A stretch of DNA of 64,000 nucleotides, taken from the NCBI GenBank assembly GCA_051294905.1, contig CM119373.1:12958001-13022000 (forward strand), given 5' to 3'. The position numbers and the translations under genes are program-made. The notes beneath the pieces are model-generated. The model worked only from the letters and a program-made list of their open reading frames with translations, did not search any database and had not been told where the DNA came from. Positions 1-12,595 of this stretch are shown piece after piece. The first letter of the stretch is position 1; every line of letters starts with the position of its first letter. This DNA comes from Botryllus schlosseri. Lineage: Eukaryota.

Positions 1-186
1 TTGATTTGTGACTCGTAATCATGTGACCTGGTTACTTCCCGGGTACAAAGCCACGCACGGTGGTGGAATTGACATATCTGTGAAGAGGTGATCGAGATCA
101 ACTGACAGCATTGTCAAAAAGCGCGAAAAAATACTCGAGTCAGATCGAGTCAACAAAAATTGCGACTCGAGTCATTACCACCCCTC
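1..186. mobile_element. Right end of a GACTCGAGTC-rich hAT-type MITE (same family as 56649-57185)
   Basis: Ends ...gactcgagtcattaccacccct, compared with ...gactcgagtcattacaaccctg at 57185. Confidence 0.65.
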
Positions 187-1325
187 ATCAAAACAGTAAG
201 ACAGACTTGAAGTGTTCAAATATGTAAGTTGCAATATTCCAAATTTTTAAGACCAATATGTCAATAGTGCAATAGCGCAGGTTTATGATTACTAAACACG
301 TGAATGTCGTTTCTATGAACGATGGCAGTGTTTTGCTACATGTTGTGAATTACATGCTACCTCATATCAACGTCTCCAGGATTCCGCACTGGGAGGAAAT
401 AGTGAAGACACTTTTATCAAGTCATAAAAGTTAGTTTGTCTAAATTGAAAACAGCTGATTTTGAAATATTTACTGGAAATCTTGTTTTGCTGACTAAAAG
501 AAAGGTAGTCTCTCTGGCTCGACTCCCGAATCACCCAGTTTTTACCTATAGCTCTGTGGTTTTGAATGGAGAAAGACGATTTCTCCCGTTTGGACTCCCG
601 AGATACCCACTTTCGCCATGTATTATTATCAATTTTGATAGAAACAAGTTACTTTTCAGATTTTACTGCCTCGTAACCCGTCGTCTAGCTTTCAGGCCAA
701 CATTTAAGGTCTTTCGTGGTATTTTAGGGCTAAAAAGGAGAACAAATTGTCAAAAAGGGTGGACATTTAGCCTTAATAAAATGTTAGTAAAAACTGCGCT
801 AGTACGAACTTCATTTCTCACTAGTCTAATCGAATAATGAAAATTGAGACTCGATTCGTGTTCGGCTGCTCGAATCGTTATGCCTATAGTCCAGAAAACC
901 AGAAAAGAAAATGCTCATTCAAGTCAGGTAAGTATCTGCACTCCGAGATGCAACGTTACCATTACGACCGTGGAAAACGCTTTCCCAGTTCCCAAAACCG
1001 TGAACCTGCTAATATTTCTTACGCGTATATATCATTGCACGGGTTGCCTGACCTTTGGCGGTTGAAATATGATACTTGAAATTGAAGCAGCGCACGCGAA
1101 GCGGTTTCGGGCGGTGGGAATGTACAGAATCGTGGTGTATCGAAAGGTATGAAATCTAGAAATCTACCACAACGCTATTCCTGTACGCATAAATAGAGCC
1201 AAATTTCGGGTACGCTACAGGCTGATAACCAAATTTAATATACCGAAAAGGCAATATGCGACATCTAGCAATATTTAGCTACAAGATAATTTAAGACAAA
1301 CTGCACAGTGATGAAACTGTGTTTC

Positions 1326-1760
1326 AAGGGCTGTTCAATAAAAAACCTTTCCTTCAGATTTCACTGGCTACTTGATGAAATTGTTAGGTTGGTTTAAAAA
1401 ACGCTGCACACCAACTTTGGCTCAATTCCAACCGGTAGAAGTGAGATTCTTGCAGTAGAAAGTTTTGAATTTATCATTAAAAAAAATCAAAGCTTTTCTG
1501 TCGACCCCATAAAATTGTTAGGCTGTCGGTAGAGATGATGCCCACGAAATTTAACTCAATTCCAACCACCAGAAGCGAAGTTATTGCAGTAGAAAAATTT
1601 AGATTTGAATAAAATAGTTTTTACGGTGACTAACTCTTTAATTATTTATTATAAAATCATGGAATTAGAAATATTTCTACTCTATAACTTCGCTTTTAGT
1701 GGTTGGAATTGAGCAAAATTTGGTGTGCATCATCTCTTCTGACAGCCTAAAAAGGTCAAT
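1326..1760 (+). mobile_element. Partial, degenerate copy of the 40687-41348 foldback hAT family
   Basis: Shares gggct-ttcaa...ctggctacttgat-aaattgttagg...tttgg-tcaattcca-ccagtagaag...ttgaataaaatagt with the left arm at 40687. Confidence 0.75.
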
Positions 1761-1789
1761 TTTCAAAATACAGTTTTTCTGCCACGTTA

Positions 1790-2042
1790 TCAGTTGGTTG
1801 ACTAAAAAAGTGGTCTACTATTCGGCTCAGATCCCGGGGCCACCGGAGCGTTACTTCAGTGCTAATTTACTGTATCTCAGTTGAATTTGGCACAATATAT
1901 TTAACCCAGATTCTCAAAACAAAGAACAAAATCTCAAAAAGGAGGATATTTAGGCGTCCTCGGAGGACATTTTCAAAAAACCTGAAAAGGAGGTCAAATC
2001 TTCCTTACGGAGCGTATACGGACGATAGCAATACACCCCTAT
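1790..2042 (+). mobile_element. 3' part of a GGACA-rich hAT MITE (same family as 34921-35283)
   Basis: gttgactaaaaaag...ccggagcgt-acttcagtgct...cctcggaggacattttcaaaaa-cctgaaaagga...accct- is shared with 35052-35283. Confidence 0.8.
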
Positions 2043-3796
2043 CTAGAGTTGCATGTAAAACAAATCGTTGTTTAAAACACTTTGTTTAAGACATGTTGCA
2101 TGAGCCTACAGACGATTAACCCCGATTAAGCCGACGCATCGATATGGAATGGTACGGACCCTCAAAATAGTCGGTTCGTCAAAGGAGCAATATTCACCCT
2201 ATATTTTCAATTGCCAATGTCAATCCACAATGACGCCACGTCACAATTGAAGAAGATGTTTTAAATGCAACCCTATCCCTATCATTTTATATAGCAACGA
2301 CATTCTCAGTTGAAAAATTCCACCCCCAAACCCTCAATATACGATTCATCTAGCACTATCATGTGCTCCCATTTACAAATATGATTTGCTAAAATTGACT
2401 GATTAGTAGTTTTTTGAGTATTACCTAATAAAATGGTGTAGTTATACAATCTGATAAGAACCAGAACCAGCTTACATGCGAAATCTGACGTCATAGATAT
2501 TTGGTTAACACCCTCTATAATACAGCTTGAATTTTCCGAAATACCCATACGCTACTGTCCTTGAAGATAAGTCACCTCCCCGCGCTGAAATCGCTCCTCG
2601 ATTGTAAAACGTAGGCTGAAGCAGGTCAGCGGGAATAACGTGCGGCGTGCCGATCGCAATACAAGATGACGCAGAAAACCGCGGTCGCCAATAGTTTGAG
2701 TTACAGCGGTTGGTATTGGCCAATGACTCGACAAGGTATCGACAGGTGGTTGTCACGGTGGTGTAGACGCGAGTCAGTAACCCCGACACCGATTAAATAC
2801 GTTGAGTGACACATTTCCATTCCGACTGTAATCCAACGTAACGCAGCTTGCATGGGGTATTGGTAATCCTGTTTCAACGCTTAACGGGATTCGACGCCCT
2901 GCTATAATGGCGGCGCGTGACCACCAATGCTGTAGTCACAGCTTGTCTGAACGAACAGTGCACTATATCCAGATTCGGCGAAACCAAGCCCACCTAGTAG
3001 AACATAATTCTGATTGAAAACTCTGTCTTCCGTGTATTCAACCGCGCCTTTATCGGTTTGAAGCCGTGGATTATTCAATCGAACTCCCACATCGATTTGA
3101 CGTACCACTGATCAGTGATCACGTCTCTACAAATAAATCAAGCACGGGACTTCCAGTTACGAATATATTGTTTCTGTCGTTACATAAGTGATGTGAACCA
3201 AACCTTGTACACTGTACACTGTAGTGTACAGCTAGCAGTCCGCTTAGTATTCAAGGTTCAATTTGATATCATGAGCAAAGAGCAAATACGTGACCAACTC
3301 TCTTGGTGCCTATAATTCTGTATCCAAAGCTTGTAGAACTGCTCGATATAGCGAGATCATACTTTTAATGGTTAAGATAATGTATAATATATATATTATT
3401 CCTTATGGGCTAATCTCCGTTCATCTATAATTCTAGATTCTATGCCTGTTCTAGGTTCTAAGACTTGCGCAAAATATCAACTGCGAGCACAGCGCTTACA
3501 ACACTGCCTTACTTTTCATATCTTCAAAATATGCCCAGTCACTTCATTTCTGATCGTTATCATCGCCATACCGCGGCTACTTATCGACGAAGTGGTCACA
3601 AATAGTGAGTGGTAACATTACAACTATTACCGCACACCACAGTGCGATGACGTAACATTTACGCCATAGAAAACTGGGAGGTACCACAAAGGCTAGGCCT
3701 GTGCTGAAGTTTGTTAGGAATGACCACAGTCAGCCCAGACTATGCATACAAAGGATCACAAGCAAGGAATATTTAAGTTATAATCAGCCATCAAAC

Positions 3797-3918
3797 CTTG
3801 TAATAGTCCCATCGCTTCTTTTCTGCACGCCGCCTATCAGCAGATCGTTCGGCCATTTCATATACTCAGTGGCGTACCCGGAACATCCCTTCTTGAAGAC
3901 GCTTTTCACGTCTGGAGC
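3797..3918 (-). CDS. ptc: Patched exon 8 (APDVKSVFKKGCSGYATEYMKWPNDLLIGGVQKRSDGTITR); the gene continues past the window start
   Basis: ttttcacag|GCT ... AG|gtttga, 122 bp, the size I recall for human PTCH1 exon 7. Matches '[21 protein letters not shown]'. Confidence 0.95.
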
Positions 3919-4289
3919 CTGTGAAAAACCCACATGAAAAATGAGGTAAGTGGAGGAGAATAGGTAACCATCAGCATCACAATTCACGAAATCATTGAAT
4001 GCATATGCATGTTCCGCAACCGTAACTGCTGGCGTGGCACGCAAAGTGCCTAGAAATGATATTATTTCACTAAAATAGATTCTCATCAATCATGGTGTTA
4101 AATCTATGCCTCGGTTGAATTATATTTGGATGTTGACCCAAAGAACCTTGCTTGGATTCCGGATTGCTTTCGTCAAAACATCAACTACAGTCGGTAAGAC
4201 ATTTATTTACACTAGACGACTTTTCACGAGTTATCGACACACTAAAGGGATTTGAAAAGATTCAAAATACATTGATTCTGCGATGCTAC

Positions 4290-4899
4290 TATAGTACTAT
4301 CGATAACTAACCAACGGATAGATGCGCATCACGTGATTCACGGTCGAGTGATGCTACAGTCGCAGATTTGTCGTCCCTTCATAGCATGAAACGGCTATGT
4401 AATTGCTAGTCCCATAGATGACGACCCGAGCGCTCAAATTTAATGAAGTTGATCTTATTTGAAAGCTACAGTCGTGCTGATTCTGATAATATACATCAAA
4501 ATTTGATCAGGGCAATGGAACCCCCCTCGAAATCCCCCGGAGAGTCTGAAAATCGGCATTGTTCTGAACAATCGCAGCCACGCAAGGACATCGTTATGGT
4601 CATTCTGCTGCGTCGTTGCGATTGTTTAGAACAATGCCGATTTTCAGACTTTGAAGGCTATTTCGGGGTGGTTCCATTGCCTTGATGAAAATTTAATGTA
4701 TATTATCAGAATCAGCGCGACTGTAACTTTCGAATAATATCAACGATAATGAATTTGAGCGCTCGGGTCGTCATCTATGGGATTAGCAATTACTTTTCAT
4801 GCTATGAAGCGACAACAAATCTGCGACTGTAGCATCACTCGACCGTGAATCACGTGATGTGCATCTATCCGTAGGTTAGTTATCTATAATAGTACCCTA
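4290..4899. mobile_element. ~610-bp foldback (palindromic) MITE-like element in Patched intron 7
   Basis: Arms pair along almost the whole length (gatagatgcgcatcacgtgattcacggtcgagtgatgctacagtcgcagatttg with caaatctgcgactgtagcatcactcgaccgtgaatcacgtgatgtgcatctatc); centre near 4592. Confidence 0.85.
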
Positions 4900-7325
4900 T
4901 CGGCGTATAGTTCAAAGTTTCTTGATTTCATTGTTAGTATACAAATTTCATGGTCTGTGATTTTGATGATTACGTCATACTTTGCCATATTGGTTTAATT
5001 TTTGAATTTGTTTACATCCCTTTAGTGTACGGATTAACTCTTGAAAAGACGCACTGTAAAATTATTGGAATTCAAATAAATGTATTACTGCGACCTGCGA
5101 CGGATGTTGTAATGGAAGCAATATTCAAGTTTTGTACCACGAACTAGCTATTTAGACTTCGATATGATAAGGACATAACGTTTAGAAAAAAAGTTGAAAC
5201 AAAGAGTATGATTTTATCAGCTAATTCTGACGAACATACACATTTCATAGTGGAGTTAAGTCACAAAATAAAGTCATGTTACAGATTAGATTTCGCGTCA
5301 TCCTATCTTTCCGGAATAAAGGCAAACATTGCACCAACAGAGGTCACCGGCACACTGACTGTATATCCGCATGCTTTGTCGGTACTATTTACAATGCGGT
5401 ACAACACGGTCGCAAATGTATTATTTTCCCAAACAAGCCCAAACAAACGAAACACAAATTCGGCGGTTTAGGCAACAAATAATAACTTGAAAATCTGATC
5501 CAAGCGTTATCTGCCTACGATTCCGCAAAATGATGTTATCAAGAGCCAGCATATCTATTCTAGCATTTTCCAACAAATCTATACGAACGGACCACATAGC
5601 GAGAACGCATACTTAAACTAAGCAGTCGCTCCTCAGATATTGTTTTGATGTTTACATCCGTTGCTACCACGCAGCGTACGCTGCCAGTTACGAGCATAAT
5701 TGAAATAAATCGCAGGTATATTATATTGATCTGGCATTGATGGAAACACACGATTTTGAAATCATTGCAAGAGAGCAAAGGCGCTTAGAATTAGTGTGGT
5801 GCGTTGATCGTGGCTTAGAAAGCTAATCTGCGATTAACTTGATTAAACCAGTCTGACTGGCTCTGTTTTGTCACCCGAGTGACAGGCGGTAGATATCTCA
5901 TGAAGCAACTGGTTGGCAGAATAACTTACACGCCTGGCGACATGAATCTGGACGGTTCAATTTATTACGGATGCTAAGCTGAACGCCAGTGAACACTTTT
6001 GAAGGGGCAAATATTTTGAATTCTATTATTATCTTTATTTTGTCCTCGTATGATGACATGCCTCTCGGCTGGTGTTGAATCCCCAGAAATCGTGGTCGCT
6101 AATGACATTCCGATCGTGACATCACGACCTCAATGAATTACAAAGAACCTGCTCATGATCTCATGTTAACGGTTTAGTCCGATTGCATATATATCCTTTT
6201 CATTATCATATTTTCGTGTATTATATTCACTAATCTTCACCGTTAGCGTTCGACTGATTCTGTTACTTGTGTATTTGTGATATTGAAAAAGATGAAGACT
6301 TACTGCCGGCCAAGTCCATGACTAGAGAACCTTTTTGCATTGTGCCGTGATTATTTCCTTCTTTTATCTTTTTTTTTTGTCGTACCTTGTTGACATACAG
6401 TTGTAGCGTATTTATGCCTATAAACTGAGTTATACCGATTGCTGAATTGATGAACACCCCTCTTCCATCTGATTATATGAATAATATGAATATATATGAA
6501 TGATTATGTCTGTCTGCCACTGCCTCTCTGGAAAAGGTTTTCTATTTTAATGCTTCATAATGCTGGACAACCAAGTATTAATACAATAATTATGAAAGAC
6601 AGTTGCAGTTCTTCACTTTTAATCTGTACATCGTTCCACCCGCTACAGCGAAACAACTCTCCGTGACCCATGACAATTATTCAATATGGGATCCACCAGC
6701 GCACCCACCTGCGGCGGATTTCGGGCGCCGTGGGAAATTATACGCGCACACTTCGTTACTGAAATTCGAACTGGTGTTGGTACTGCGACGGGTACGAAAT
6801 GCGAAGGGTTAGTTGTACGCTACATTAGTTTTTCACTTATTAAAGCAAATAGGATAAGTTCGAATAAGGCAAGAAGCGGAATCATAAATAGTATCACAAC
6901 AACAAGGCCATATCATCGATAGCACTACAACTAGAGCACCGGTTTTCTACTGCATCCGATACACGGTAAAGTTAAATGATGTTACTTCGAAGACTTCGCC
7001 TTTTCTGTAACACAAAATGCCAAGGTTACAACAGTATATGGCTCACCGGAAGCCTACGTTAACTTAGTTATCATAAGCCCCGTGCTAACTCAAGTCAAGA
7101 CCAACTCCCTGATAAATGCACTATTTGTAAACCATATGATTACTTGAGAAATGTAGAGTGAACCCGAGCCAGAAGTCCCTACAACATGCTGAACCGCTAG
7201 TCACATAGTTAGTCAAGACATACTCATTATATCTCTATGAATCCACGAAAGGTCCATTAAAGATTAGGGTATTGTAAGAAGCCTGAATTCTCATGAGTGC
7301 AGATAATTCGTTGAAGTTGGGTCAC

Positions 7326-7418
7326 CTGCTTCGTGTCTTTGTTTGGCGCCAGGACGGGACAGTCTGAGCTGTTTGGGTTCAAGCACCACCGATCTTGATA
7401 GCCGTGTCCGACCCCAGC
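7326..7418 (-). CDS. ptc: Patched exon 7 (AGVGHGYQDRWCLNPNSSDCPVLAPNKDTKQ)
   Basis: aaatcag|GCT ... CAG|gtgacc, 93 bp, phase 0 to 0. Matches PTCH1 '[27 protein letters not shown]'. Confidence 0.96.
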
Positions 7419-8514
7419 CTGATTTAAATACAATATATTGGCAAGATAGTCCGATATCATTTGATCTTAAATGTCCTTCGGATGATCAAGTATGCTGAAA
7501 TTATCCCTGCTAGCTATTACGGTAGTATGGTGCATTATGTAGAAATCGAAAATACGCTCAACAGAACACACTACTACAAAGATACAGTCTGTTCGCGTGG
7601 ATTAACAGATTAGTTCCAATCACTAGCAGTGCAGTTGGTTTAATAAGATCACTTACTGGCAATGTACACATGCGCCACTTCTAGGGGGTAGGGATATGCG
7701 TTGAGCCATATCTGTTATGGCTGGCTCCAGACGCGTCTGATTACTTGAAGTAGGAAAACGCTATCACTAAATCAACCACGTTCAATCAACGTTGTCAAGG
7801 TGAGCTGCTGTATGTCAAGTGACGCCACGTATCTAGTTCAAAAGCAAAGTGCGAGTTGTACTTCACTGGGTCCAACAATCTCGAAATATCACATCAATTG
7901 GCAACGGTGTTACTGAAGTACTGACTTTGAAAAACGGTAACTATTATTATGACATGAGGATTAATATGAATTATGACGCTAAGTACAGAAGGTGACACGC
8001 TGTGCACGGCATGTTACATTACAACCGTCTAAGAATGAAAAAAGAAAAGTATATCCGGCTTCAAGTTGGGTTTAGTAAACAAATGTTAGTTCTCGCACTT
8101 GTACATATTGATGAAGACTAATAATGGCATCGAAACGTACAATTTCGTGTTACTGTATCGATAATCGGGTTTTCTACAAATAAATCGCTCCTTAAGCTTT
8201 CTACAAAGTTTGAACCGAAATAAAATAGGATCAAGTTCAATTCGCCGGCATATACTTTTCATTTAAAGCACTCAACGTTTTATTAAGTTGTGCAATACGA
8301 TATGCGGACTCGAGCTGTTTGTAAGTGCGGACGATGTTGGTCATTAGTATTGATGAAGCTTCGATATCAATGGTCATTTTACATCGTATCAATACTTTAC
8401 AAAAGCCCAGGTGTGAAAAAGATTTGACTCAAAGAAGTTTTCAGTCGAAAACTATTTAGTCGACGTGGAAGTAGCTTGAAATGTTAACCACTTGAATATA
8501 ACAATGCTACTCAC

Positions 8515-8629
8515 CGACTCGATTATTTCCCGAAATTTAACAAGCGATAGCAACGTGCTCTTCGCTTCCATGGCTGCTAGCCGTTCCGTAAGTCCGATTG
8601 GGTCCAGAGTCTTCCACTGTACTTTTTCC
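8515..8629 (-). CDS. ptc: Patched exon 6 (EKVQWKTLDPIGLTERLAAMEAKSTLLSLVKFREIIES)
   Basis: tcttcag|G ... TCG|gtgagt, 115 bp, phase 2 to 0. Matches PTCH1 'LRWTNFDPLEFLEEL'. Confidence 0.92.
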
Positions 8630-9649
8630 CTGAAGATGCATGGATTGAGATACTCCAAAAGTGTGGCTTTTCAAATAATTTGTTACTACGATATATATGC
8701 CAGCGTATGGCGAGTAATTTACATCTACGTCCAGTGCTGGGTAGCATAATAGTCCAATAGCGTAGTTTATAGCGGATTTTCGGTCACTGCAGACCATGAT
8801 ACCAAGTCTTGTACTGACGGAGCTCATGGTAGGTCTAAGTTCCATTCGACACCGTGCGTAGACCAATCATGGTCAGAGCCGTGTACGTTAATGATCATTA
8901 TTGTCAGCTGATTTATAAATATTTCATTCTCTCCAATCGTAGTGCACGTGTGAATAGCAGGAATTGCCACCAACAAGAATATCAAAGCATACCCGCCAAG
9001 AAGTAGCAATTAACACACCGTGTCATCAAAGGCATCCGACCCAGAAATTCCGAAACCGACCACGAAACGTGTTATTTACGCGCCGCCGGCGCTCCCGTCG
9101 GCACCGCCACCCGCGCATTAAGGTGGCAACATCGCGCGAGAGCCTGCATATCTGCGTAGATCTCCAGATACTACCGTAATTTGAGCGTGGATAATACCTC
9201 GTTAGCGCAAATACTGTGGATAATGCGTTGATTCGGTGAAGCCACCCATACATCAAGTGGTGGAACAGTAAATACGAAAAGTTGTTCGCTAATGAGAGCG
9301 GCAATTAGCGGCGGCGTGTTGGTGGCGAAAGCGAAAAATAGTAGCTGAGGTGTGGTGCGAACCGATCGACTGAGCCGAGAAATTTCACGTATGAGAACTT
9401 GGCCGAAAGGACGAACACGAATTTGAACTTGCGTGAGACAGATGTGAACGTTTTGTGCAGATCCAAAGTCACAATACATTCGAGATAGGATTGGATTCGT
9501 AATTGAATTCGGAATGTTCTGAGCGCTGGCTACACGTAGGGGTATAGCTTTCAGTCATTACCAGCTATATGCAGCTGGATTTATCCGAGATATCATTTGG
9601 TTTTGGACTTGGATCAAATCCAAAATCAGTTGTCACAGTAATACATATG

Positions 9650-9797
9650 TAGAGCTTGGAGGTACAGCACTTCAACTTATAATTAAATAGTATATTCATA
9701 TTGAAATGAACCCGAATATTGTCGGCTGACTCTCGCCAAGGGAATCGTCCGCAACTACTATAGAATAGGAAAGAACATTGTATATCAACAAACGTAT
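9650..9797 (+). repeat. Half copy of the asymmetric hairpin family (see 21807-22057)
   Basis: agagcttggaggtacagcacttcaa...atagtatattcatattgaaatgaacccgaatatt...gaacattgtatatcaacaa. Confidence 0.75.
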
Positions 9798-10626
9798 CAC
9801 AAATTATGACGTTACATGCATGGAATTTCGAATAATCGGGGCGAAGAGAGAGAGCTTAGGCTTAAGGTACTATTTTTAGATGGTCCCCGAACTTCTTCTG
9901 TAGGTAGAGGCCTGGTTGGCGTATTTTGAGAAAAGTCGACTCCAAGGCACCCCAATGAAAGTGTGAACGGCCTCTCCCTACCACACGAAATCTGTCGTCT
10001 CGATAATTTTTCGCGCAAACAGGATTATCCATCAAATGTTTACCAATGACAGAATTAAGGCATTTATTCGCCATTCATCAAGCTGTAAGATTGGAATTTC
10101 GGGATGTATAGACTTTCTCGGGCTGAAAGAGGAGAGATTTAGTGGTCACACATTTCCGCTCATCACTGCGGTGTGGAAACAACACACATCACAATTCCAG
10201 CGCTGGTCAGCTATAATTGGTGCGTATTTCGAAATTCTCCAAGTCGGGTATTAGGAAGTAGACCTACGCTTCCGTAAAGGATATACGTTGCAGCCATTCG
10301 GAAAAGAAAAATCCTAATCCATTCCGTCCAACAATGTCATTGTTGCAGCTATATTCCTGGGATGTTGCGGGCGTTACATTCCAGCCGGTATCTACGGCCG
10401 CTGGCGACTATTCAAGTACTGTATCATCCAAGTCGGATAGCATTTCACTTGAGGTCGCAAAGACGCAAAAATATGCATATTTGAAAATTTCAAGTCCTTA
10501 TTACTGTTATGGCTTCGTAATGGGTGGTACTCGAATGTACTTCTCGACTGGAATCTTGATGCTCCGTTGGGAGTCGATTCACCCAACAGTCCGATAATAA
10601 TCCACATAAAATAAAAGCGCACTTAC

Positions 10627-10733
10627 TCCAAATAAGGTATAAGGATAGGCGTATCCGGACCCAATAGCTCCGCGCCGTCGTAGAAGCAATCCAAAGGACT
10701 TATAATAAGACAAGGAAACACAACATCTTTTAT
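10627..10733 (-). CDS. ptc: Patched exon 5 (IKDVVFPCLIISPLDCFYDGAELLGPDTPILIPYLE)
   Basis: ccattgcag|ATA ... GA|gtaagt, 107 bp, phase 0 to 2. Matches PTCH1 'LYPCLIITPLDCFWEGAKL'. Confidence 0.95.
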
Positions 10734-11388
10734 CTGCAATGGAAGATATCTGCTGAATATCGATCTGATGATACACTTTATTGGCTACAGCTCCCTAGTT
10801 AAGACTGGGAATTGATATACCACCATCCAAACGGATTAAGGGTGTACAAGTGTATGCATAGGGGGAGAACTCCTCGGCAAGTGAGGTTTTTGTATCATGC
10901 CTGTTTACTTATGAAACAACACAGCAAATTATATTAGGGATTGAACCGTGTAGGAATTTTATTAATGAGCTAAATGATAGTGTAATCTTGTATATGCGGA
11001 TTGAGGTAGATAAACCCTGGATCACGCGTAACGGTTGCATGGTGTAATAAAATGCCCGAGCCTCTCTCGTACACAATATGAATCGCATGATCTGAACATG
11101 GGTTTGTAATCGTCACGAAACAGTGAAGCGAATGCCAGCCGTAAAATGTTGGAAGCAGTTGATGCGCTGACATCATATCCTTACAATAAGGAGAACAGAA
11201 CCCCATCCAGTAAACCTGTTTTCGAAGAACCGAACTTTATGTAACACGAATTACAGTTAATGAATACTCCAATGTTCACCTACTGAGTATAACTGTGGAG
11301 CCCCTCATGCCGTCTTTGTAGCAATTTTCATTCTGCACTTTGCGACTGTTTTGGATATCCCAAACGGGGGTTAATTTACGTCACTCAC

Positions 11389-11461
11389 CGATTCTAGGAC
11401 CCCGTCAATCTCCCCCAGGTCTGGTATGTCCTTAGAGCAAATGTCTGGCAGTCCCCAATCG
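11389..11461 (-). CDS. ptc: Patched exon 4 (DWGLPDICSKDIPDLGEIDGVLES)
   Basis: gtttttcag|C ... TCG|gtgagt, 73 bp, phase 2 to 0. Matches PTCH1 'QWKLEHLCYKSG...'. Confidence 0.88.
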
Positions 11462-12595
11462 CTGAAAAACAATTGAAACTAGGGTTGGTATCGGGGGGCA
11501 CGCGTTCGGAAAAGCGTCTAAACACAATTACCGTCTAAGGGGGCACAGTAATTGATCTAATCCGCACGAGGTTGGATGCCTCATAATAGCATGATTCTTA
11601 ACAGAATTAGGCACGTAATGCAATCAATTCGACGTAAGCTACTCAATCTTACTTCGGCCGCCATCAGAAACGGAAATATGTGGATAGTATTAGTCTGTTT
11701 TGCGTAGATCTTATCCCGGCCCGCTAACCTTTGAAACGGAGCTATTACGCAAGCAATTACCAGTGAACTCTGCACTTGGCGGAGTTAAAATAACACTACC
11801 AACAGACCCGGAGATTTAGCCCGTTTATGGACGAACACACAGTACGAATTTCCAAGCGATATATTTGTGAAATCAGAGAACCAGGCGGAAATAGTGAGCA
11901 ACTCCGAAACATCGATTAGCATATCCGTGAAAATCGCTAGAGCTTAATAGCTCCTCCGACCTGTGACTTCTATATTTGACAGTATTCAAGCTGTTCCGGG
12001 GCGAAATAAAGTCGAATACTTAAAACTTGTCAAAAATCAGTAACGTGATGGCGATACGTACGTTTGTCAATGATCCAACTATACACAATGACTCTTCGCC
12101 AGCCCGCATAATCATAGTATGACTAATAAATTTCACCGGGCTCTATGACCTAAACAGACTTCATCTACAAATACCCGCCCCAAAACGCATCAGTATCCAA
12201 CAGTTTGCCGTATTCATTTGTCTTATAATGGTCGATTTCGAAATTAATTACCAAATGCATAAATTTAAATATCCACAAATGAGGGTAATCACAAAATCAA
12301 AGTATCACAATCGTGATAAACTCTCTACATGTATAAAGTCTCAAGTCTATAAACACATGATGCTGTATCAGCATCGACATTTACCCTTTAGTACCCCAGC
12401 ATATTTAGACAAGCGATAGTTATTGTAGCAATTCGACGATACAACGAAAGGCAAATATTATGCGTAAAATGAACGCAAATGGTATACACTCGAACATGAT
12501 TTTAAACCTTAATACAAAAGATCGGAAAACTTCTACTCTATAACGTACAGAAGCCAAAGTTTATGCATGCGCCTCATGAGGTGTGTTATCACTTC

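Noticed and set aside
436-837. 133-aa plus-strand ORF
   Set aside because: Non-ATG start, no recognisable domain, and it overlaps CTCCCG-rich MITE-like sequence. Likely a chance ORF.
330-3110. Candidates for Patched exon 9 (cag|TGCGGAATCC near 400; ORF 2902-3108)
   Set aside because: The first hits a stop within a few codons and neither resembles AHALQTMFQLM. Exon 9 probably lies left of the window.
4443-4685. 80-aa ORF
   Set aside because: Lies inside the palindromic element; no coding support.
11160-11290. Possible Patched exon 4 candidate
   Set aside because: In-frame stops; the true exon with correct phases is 11389-11461.
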